This document shows positions 46,486-52,428 of a stretch of 52,428 bases of DNA, in pieces; positions within the stretch are counted from its first letter, which is position 1; every line of letters begins with the position of its first letter. The stretch comes from Armatimonadota bacterium (GTDB taxonomy: Bacteria > Vulcanimicrobiota > JACPDS01 > JBDRKI01), in NCBI GenBank assembly GCA_043814095.1, contig JBDRKI010000097.1, positions 1 to 52,428 on the forward strand, in the 5' to 3' direction. Both the position numbers and the translations under genes were made by a program. Below the pieces are notes generated by a model. It did no database searches. It was not told the origin of the DNA and saw nothing but the letters and a program-made list of their open reading frames with translations.

Positions 46486-47943
46486 TTATTCCTGCTGCCA
46501 TCCTCCGCCGAGCGCTTTATACAGTTTTACATAATACAGAAGTTCATTAAGTTGAGCCTGTGCAAGTTCAAGCTCTGAAGCAAAATACTGCCTCTCGGAA
46601 TCAAGAACTTCAAGATAACTTGAAACCCCGCCTATATACCTTAAATTTGATAATCTTGCCTGATCCGCAAGGGTCAAAGTAAGTTCCGCCTGCTCCGCGC
46701 GCAGTTTGCGCTGTTTATTGTAACCTGTAAGAGTATCCGAAACTTCCATAAAAGCGTTTTTCACGGTTCTGTCGTATTCCAACAAGGTTTCTCTCTGAAC
46801 CGATTCAGCCTGCCTTACCTGAGCGGTTACCTTTCCCGCGTTAAATACCGGTACCGTAAACTGCGGGATAAAACTCCAGGTATTTGCGGGCCCGGTAAAA
46901 AGATTATCAAGAGCCTTGCTTAACACACCATTCTCGCCTGTAAGGGTAACCATGGGAAAATGACCGGCACGCGCGACATCAACTTTAGCGTCAGCCGCCG
47001 CAAGATTCTGTTCTGCTTTCCTTATATCAGGCCTTCTTACAAGCAGGGTTGAAGGAATCCCCGCGGGAAGCATAACCTTGTTTAACTGCTCGGCAAGAGT
47101 AAGCCCCCTGGGAACATTCCCCGGGTTGCCCCCTAAAAGGAAATTTATATAATTCTCCTGTTGTTCAATCTGCTGCGTTAACTGGGTTATCGTTGTACGG
47201 GCTGAAAGAACAAGCCCGTATGCCTGATCCCTGTCAAGCATTGTCGCGATACCGCATTGTTCACGCGCTTTTACAAGGCGGTATGATTCTTCACGGGTTG
47301 CGAGAGTCTTTATGCTTATCTCAAGCTCAAGATCCAGCTCCCTCAAGGTAAAATAACTTGAAGCAACTTCGCTTATAAGAGTCATAAGAACAACATTCCG
47401 GGCTTCATTTGTAGCCAGCATTTCGGCCCTTGCGGCGTCGGTTGACCTTCTTACCCGTCCCCAGAAATCAAGTTCAAAAAACGCCTGAAGGTTTGCTTGA
47501 AAAGAACGGATTATGCCCGGTGCGGCAGGAGTGGGGGCCACCTGAGACGGATACATTTTATTAAAAGACCCTCCCCCGCCTATCTCGGGATACTGAGCAG
47601 AACCGGTAATAGTAAGCTGTGCCCGGGCCTGAAGTATTTTTTCCGCCGCAATCCTTATATCATGATTATTTTTAATCGCTGTTTTTATTAAATTTTCCAA
47701 AACTTCATCTATTATAATATCTTCCCAGTAAAGATCACCTAATGAGGTATCCTCTCCGTCAACTGTAAGCTCAGCAGACTCAATACCTTCAGCACCGCGG
47801 TATGAAGAAGGAACCTCCGCCTGCGGTTTTTTACTCTCTTTATCCCTGCATGAAGAAACCGCAAATATGATCATGCCGGATATTAATATTAAAAATAACA
47901 CATTTAAAAGAGAAAGAAAGAAATTGTTTTTTCTTTTTATCAT
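46486..47943 (-). CDS. Outer membrane efflux lipoprotein (NodT/OprM family)
   Basis: Lipobox AVSSC; FELDFWGRVRR, RRPDIRKAE, LYKALGGGW. Confidence 0.92.
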   Translation of the reverse strand: MIKRKNNFFLSLLNVLFLILISGMIIFAVSSCRDKESKKPQAEVPSSYRGAEGIESAELTVDGEDTSLGDLYWEDIIIDEVLENLIKTAIKNNHDIRIAAEKILQARAQLTITGSAQYPEIGGGGSFNKMYPSQVAPTPAAPGIIRSFQANLQAFFELDFWGRVRRSTDAARAEMLATNEARNVVLMTLISEVASSYFTLRELDLELEISIKTLATREESYRLVKAREQCGIATMLDRDQAYGLVLSARTTITQLTQQIEQQENYINFLLGGNPGNVPRGLTLAEQLNKVMLPAGIPSTLLVRRPDIRKAEQNLAAADAKVDVARAGHFPMVTLTGENGVLSKALDNLFTGPANTWSFIPQFTVPVFNAGKVTAQVRQAESVQRETLLEYDRTVKNAFMEVSDTLTGYNKQRKLRAEQAELTLTLADQARLSNLRYIGGVSSYLEVLDSERQYFASELELAQAQLNELLYYVKLYKALGGGWQQE

Positions 47944-50900
47944 TTCTCCCCCTCCTCTTTACTATCATCCTGGTTTTGAACCTTTACATCTTTTCTGTTC
48001 CTGTCAACCCACTTCTGGATTATATAGTAAAGAAGCGGTATGAAGAATATACCGAGTGTTGTCGCCATAATCATCCCGCCGAATACCGAAGCTCCCAGAG
48101 AATGCCTCGAAGCAGCCCCGGCGCTTGTAGCCAGTAATAGAGGCAGAACACCGAATATAAAGGCTAATGATGTCATAAGTATGGGACGCAGGCGCACTTT
48201 TGAGCCTTCGGCTGTCGCGTCAAAAAGCGTCATGCCCTCGTTGTCATAGCGGTCTTTCGCAAACTGAACTATTAAAATCGCGTTCTTTGCCGCAAGCCCT
48301 ATAACCATTACGATGCCTATCTGGACATATACATCGTTAGATATTCCCATGAGAACAACAAGAAGAAGCGCGCCCATAACACCTGCGGGTATTCCCAAAA
48401 TTACGGAGAACGGAATGCCCCAGCTTTCATAAAGAGCCGCTAAGAAAAGAAATACGAAAATAATCGCAAGTACAAATATCAGCGACTGGGTTCCCGATGA
48501 AAGTTTTTCCTGGTAGGATATCCCGCTCCATTCAAAACTGTAGCCCTTCGGCAGGACTTTTTTAGCGACTTCTTCCATCTTATTAAGCGCCTGACCTGAT
48601 GAATATCCGGGCCTGGGGGATCCGGTTATTTCTGCTTCCCTGTACATATTATACCTTTGTATTATTAAAGGCCCCGCAACATCCCTGAATCTGGCAAGAG
48701 TTTTCACGGGTATCATATCACCAGCTGCCGACCGCACATAAATACTGTTTAGGCACCTCGGATCTGATCTTAGGTCAGCTTCGGCCTGAACCATAACTTT
48801 ATAAGTACGGTCAAATAAATTAAAATCATTCACGGGATATCCGCCAAGGAAAGTCTGTAATGCCTGAAATATGGTGTCCATGGCTATGCCCATGCTTGAA
48901 GCTTTATCCCTGTCTAAATCAAAATCAAGCTGGGGGAATGTCGTGCGGAAGCCGGTGTAAAGATTCATAAGCTCCGGCTCTTTACTTGCCTCTGCTATAA
49001 ATTTTTTCACTGTCTGGTCAAGCTCATCAACGGTGTGAGAACCCCTGTCTTCAAGTTCAAAAGTAAAACCGCCCGATGTTCCTAAACCGGGTATGGCAGG
49101 CGGAACAAAACATATTCCCATTACCTGCGGGTAAGTATTAACATATGCCTGCGTTTTCTGAATAATAGTCTTTATCTGCGTTTCCTTTGTCTTTCTGGCA
49201 TCCCATGGCTCCAGCACGCAGACTATTGTGGCGGAATTTGAACTTGTCACATTGCTTAAAACATCAAACCCGCCGAATGTAAGAACACTCTTCATCCCGG
49301 GAATTTTCTCAATGTAAGCTTCAATTTTTTTGGTTACCTCATCGGTTCTTTGCAGGGAGGCGCCGTCCGGGAGATTAAGCGACACAAAGAAAGCTCCCAG
49401 ATCCTCATTCGGAATAAAGCCCGTCGGGACTTTCATTAAAAGCCCTCCCGCGATCAACCATACAATACCCAGCATAAGAAGAGCTATGGCACTTTTTCTC
49501 ATTATAGATTTAATTACCTGGGTATAATCCGCGGTAATCTTGGTAAAAAATTCATTAAACTTTCCAAAGAATTTGCCGAGAATCCCGGTGGATTCTTTCT
49601 TGGGTTTTAAAATAAGAGAACACAGGGCAGGAGTCAAAGTCAGCGCCACAATAGCCGAAAGCACAACGGAAACCGACATTGTAAGAGCAAACTGCTTATA
49701 AAGCTGGCCGGTTATGCCGCTCATAAACGCGACAGGCACAAACACGGCGCATAATACAAGCGCTATGGCGGTAACAGCCGCCTGGACTTCATCCATTGCC
49801 TTTTCCGTGGCCTCAACAGGATTATATCCTTTCTCAATGAAGCTCTGGACCGCTTCCACAACAACAATAGCGTCATCCACGACAAGCCCCACCGCAAGCA
49901 CGATCCCGAAAAGAGTGAGAGTATTTATGGTAAATCCGAGCGGAACAAACGCCGCGAATGTACCTATAAGCGAAACAGGCACTGCTATCATCGGTATCAA
50001 GGTTGCCCTGAAGCTTCCTAAAAATATAAAAACAACTACAAGAACCAGGAATATAGCGATTACCAGAGTTTCAAGCACTTCCTCAATGGAAGCGTGTATA
50101 AAATCCGTTGAATTATAAGCAATATCATATTTCAGGCCGGGGGGCATATTTTCGCCCAGGCCGGCAAGAAGCTTTTTTAAGTTGTTGGCGGTTTTTACAG
50201 CATTTCCGCCTGTTTCCAGATACGTGATTATAAGGGTAGCCGGCACGCCGTTCTGGCGTCCTACACTTGAATAATCCCTTGCCGCAAGTTCAACGCGGGC
50301 AACATCTTTAATTCTCAAGAGCTGGCCCATGGGACCCGCCCTTATTACCATATTTCCGAATTCATCCACCGTTTCCAGGCGCCCTTTAGCGTTTACCGTA
50401 AACTGAAACTGGGTTCCAGATGTCGCCGGAGGCTGACCTACAGCGCCCGCGGGAGCAAGCACATTCTGCTCATTAACAACTCCGATAATATCTCCCGCAG
50501 TAAGTCCCATATTGCTGAGTCTTTGCGGATCAACCCATAACCTCATTGAATAATCGCGCTGGCCTATAATTTTCGTGCTTCCCACCCCGCTCGTGCGCGA
50601 AATTGAATCAATCATCTGGATACTCGCATAATTACTCAGGAATATGGTGTCATATGTATTATCAGGCGAGTAAAGACTTATTATCATAAGCATATCCGGA
50701 GACTGCTTGTCAACTATTATACCCTGAGCAAGAGCCTGGGTCGGCAGTTTGGGCATTGCCTTGCTGACGCGGTTATTCACGTCAACATTGGCCATATCAA
50801 TATCCCTGCCTACGGAAAAAGTGCATATAAGGGTATATGACCCGTCAGTGCTTATTGACTGCATATACTGCATCTGGTCGGCGCCGTTTACCTGTTCCTC

Positions 50901-51095
50901 AATAGGAATTGCGATGGATTCTTCCACTGTCTTAGCATCAGCGCCCGGATAAGTAACAGTAACATAAATCGTGGGAGGCGTTATCTCCGGGTACTGGTCA
51001 ATAGGAAGGCTTAAAATACTCAAGCCTCCCGTAATTATTATTACAAGAGATACTACTATCGCAAATATGGGGCGGTGTATAAAAAATTTCGGCAT
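47940..51095 (-). CDS. RND efflux permease (HAE1/AcrB family)
   Basis: FFIHRPIFA, GLVVDDAIVVVE, AKNAILIV, RLRPILMTS. Confidence 0.96.
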   Translation of the reverse strand: MPKFFIHRPIFAIVVSLVIIITGGLSILSLPIDQYPEITPPTIYVTVTYPGADAKTVEESIAIPIEEQVNGADQMQYMQSISTDGSYTLICTFSVGRDIDMANVDVNNRVSKAMPKLPTQALAQGIIVDKQSPDMLMIISLYSPDNTYDTIFLSNYASIQMIDSISRTSGVGSTKIIGQRDYSMRLWVDPQRLSNMGLTAGDIIGVVNEQNVLAPAGAVGQPPATSGTQFQFTVNAKGRLETVDEFGNMVIRAGPMGQLLRIKDVARVELAARDYSSVGRQNGVPATLIITYLETGGNAVKTANNLKKLLAGLGENMPPGLKYDIAYNSTDFIHASIEEVLETLVIAIFLVLVVVFIFLGSFRATLIPMIAVPVSLIGTFAAFVPLGFTINTLTLFGIVLAVGLVVDDAIVVVEAVQSFIEKGYNPVEATEKAMDEVQAAVTAIALVLCAVFVPVAFMSGITGQLYKQFALTMSVSVVLSAIVALTLTPALCSLILKPKKESTGILGKFFGKFNEFFTKITADYTQVIKSIMRKSAIALLMLGIVWLIAGGLLMKVPTGFIPNEDLGAFFVSLNLPDGASLQRTDEVTKKIEAYIEKIPGMKSVLTFGGFDVLSNVTSSNSATIVCVLEPWDARKTKETQIKTIIQKTQAYVNTYPQVMGICFVPPAIPGLGTSGGFTFELEDRGSHTVDELDQTVKKFIAEASKEPELMNLYTGFRTTFPQLDFDLDRDKASSMGIAMDTIFQALQTFLGGYPVNDFNLFDRTYKVMVQAEADLRSDPRCLNSIYVRSAAGDMIPVKTLARFRDVAGPLIIQRYNMYREAEITGSPRPGYSSGQALNKMEEVAKKVLPKGYSFEWSGISYQEKLSSGTQSLIFVLAIIFVFLFLAALYESWGIPFSVILGIPAGVMGALLLVVLMGISNDVYVQIGIVMVIGLAAKNAILIVQFAKDRYDNEGMTLFDATAEGSKVRLRPILMTSLAFIFGVLPLLLATSAGAASRHSLGASVFGGMIMATTLGIFFIPLLYYIIQKWVDRNRKDVKVQNQDDSKEEGEK

Positions 51096-52381
51096 TATTT
51101 ATCTCCGGACTCACCAGTCTGGGACTTACCAGTCTGGGGCTGAACCGTCTGCGAAGCATAAGTCGGGTTAACCGTCATGCCCGGCTTGACTTTTACCTGT
51201 CCTTCGGTTATAACCCTGTCATTTATATCAAGTCCCTTTGTAACTACAATCATTTCCTTATATAATATTCCCAGTTCAACTGTTTTTAATACTACTTTGT
51301 CGTTATTATCCACTACATACACATTCTTCGCGCTCTGCAGAACCATAACGGATTTCTGCGGTATAATGAGCGCGTCTTTAACATAATCCACAACAAGCCC
51401 TATGCGGGCAAACATGCCCGGCCTTAAAAGATAATTGGGATTGGAAAATTCCGCCACAATCGTTATTGTGCCGGTTCTCGGGTCTATCATGGGTTCGGCG
51501 ATAACTATTTTGCCTTCGTGGGGATATTTGTTTCCGTCGGCAAGAATAAGGTCTACCTTGGGTTTTATGGCAGTTTCTTTGTTCGCGGTAAAATATCTTT
51601 TTGCGATTTTCAAGTAATCATTCTCGCTTATACTGAAATCAACCCTGAGGGGATCAAGCGCCATAACGGTTGTAAGCTTGGTTGCCTGACCTCCCTGCCC
51701 CACAAGATTCCCAGGGGAAAAAAGACGCTCTCCCGCGACCCCGTCTATGGGGGAAAAAACCGTGCAGTAACTTAAATTTATCTTGGCGTTCGCTACCGCG
51801 GCCTGACCAGATTCAATTGCGGCGTTTGCCTGTGAAACTTTCGCCTTTGCCACTTTTAAGTTCGCGACCGCGTTATCGTAATCAAGCTGGGGTATGGCTC
51901 TTTCCAAAGCCAGAGGTTTAAGCTGTGATTCGGTAACTTCGGCGAAAACAAGCTGAGCTTTCGCTGCTTCAAGATCGGCTTTTGCCGTATCAAGCTGTGC
52001 CTGCGCGTTATGTAAGGCCGCTATATAAGTGCTTTTGTCCAGAACAAATAAAACCTGGCCTTTTTTAACGGGTTTCCCTTCGTCATAACGCTGATCCATA
52101 AGAAAAGCTTCCACCCTTGCCATTATATCAACGATTGTTGATCTGGTGCTCGGGTCAACCGATGCCACATACTCCGTATAAATAGGAACAGTCTGCTTTT
52201 CAACTTTTGCAACTACTACCGTGGTAGGTTCCGGTACATGCTTCTTTTTTGACGAATCACAGCTCCGGAAAATAAAAAGGGCCAGCAAGATTATGCATAT
52301 AAGCGCTATTACATATGTATACTTTGGTCTCTTTTTTTTGTCTTTTAAATCCTTTATTTTGCCTTTTACATTGTTTATCAT
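51095..52381 (-). CDS. RND efflux periplasmic adaptor (MFP)
   Basis: N-terminal anchor, VKKGQVLF, alpha-hairpin, SPIDG, LLRPGMF, VITEG. Confidence 0.93.
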   Translation of the reverse strand: MINNVKGKIKDLKDKKKRPKYTYVIALICIILLALFIFRSCDSSKKKHVPEPTTVVVAKVEKQTVPIYTEYVASVDPSTRSTIVDIMARVEAFLMDQRYDEGKPVKKGQVLFVLDKSTYIAALHNAQAQLDTAKADLEAAKAQLVFAEVTESQLKPLALERAIPQLDYDNAVANLKVAKAKVSQANAAIESGQAAVANAKINLSYCTVFSPIDGVAGERLFSPGNLVGQGGQATKLTTVMALDPLRVDFSISENDYLKIAKRYFTANKETAIKPKVDLILADGNKYPHEGKIVIAEPMIDPRTGTITIVAEFSNPNYLLRPGMFARIGLVVDYVKDALIIPQKSVMVLQSAKNVYVVDNNDKVVLKTVELGILYKEMIVVTKGLDINDRVITEGQVKVKPGMTVNPTYASQTVQPQTGKSQTGESGDK

Positions 52382-52428
52382 ATCTTGATCCTTTAATTTT
52401 AAATTATATTTATATTAATTTTAAATTA

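Noticed and set aside
1-52428. CRISPR arrays, tRNA/rRNA genes, transposases, integrases, prophage genes, alternative genetic code
   Set aside because: None seen by eye; intergenic spaces are short, and conserved genes translate full-length with standard stops including TGA

Overview
Low-GC bacterial chromosomal window, coded mostly on the minus strand. It mixes Terrabacteria-type core genes (RNase J, TagA-family glycosyltransferase, CarD, 6S RNA, SepIVA/Cdv3-like gene after coaD) with an outer-membrane efflux lipoprotein, which suggests a diderm lineage (inference). Housekeeping blocks: lexA-cinA/pncC-thpR-recA-recX-rluB-pepP-hup; DUF177-rpmF-fabH-fabD-fabG-acpP; plsX-recG-rsmD-coaD; an AmmeMemoRadiSam trio interrupted by a Fic gene; truB, aroK-like, rnj, gcvT, ribF; and an RND/OMF/MFS efflux locus. 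Features missing from the ORF track: a 6S RNA, a partial ORF at the left edge and a decayed MNT-HEPN toxin-antitoxin pair. The most novel-looking elements are: (1) three tandem orphan paralogs sharing a helical repeat domain, a basic linker and a C-terminal amphipathic tail, two of them behind a promoter with OmpR-type direct repeats; (2) an OmpR-family regulator followed by two soluble histidine kinases, one with a degenerate GGDEF input domain and one with an H-box E-to-K change predicting phosphatase-only activity; (3) an unfamiliar palindromic operator over the lexA promoter. All calls come from reading motifs by eye; no database searches were run. No CRISPR array, tRNA or rRNA was seen.
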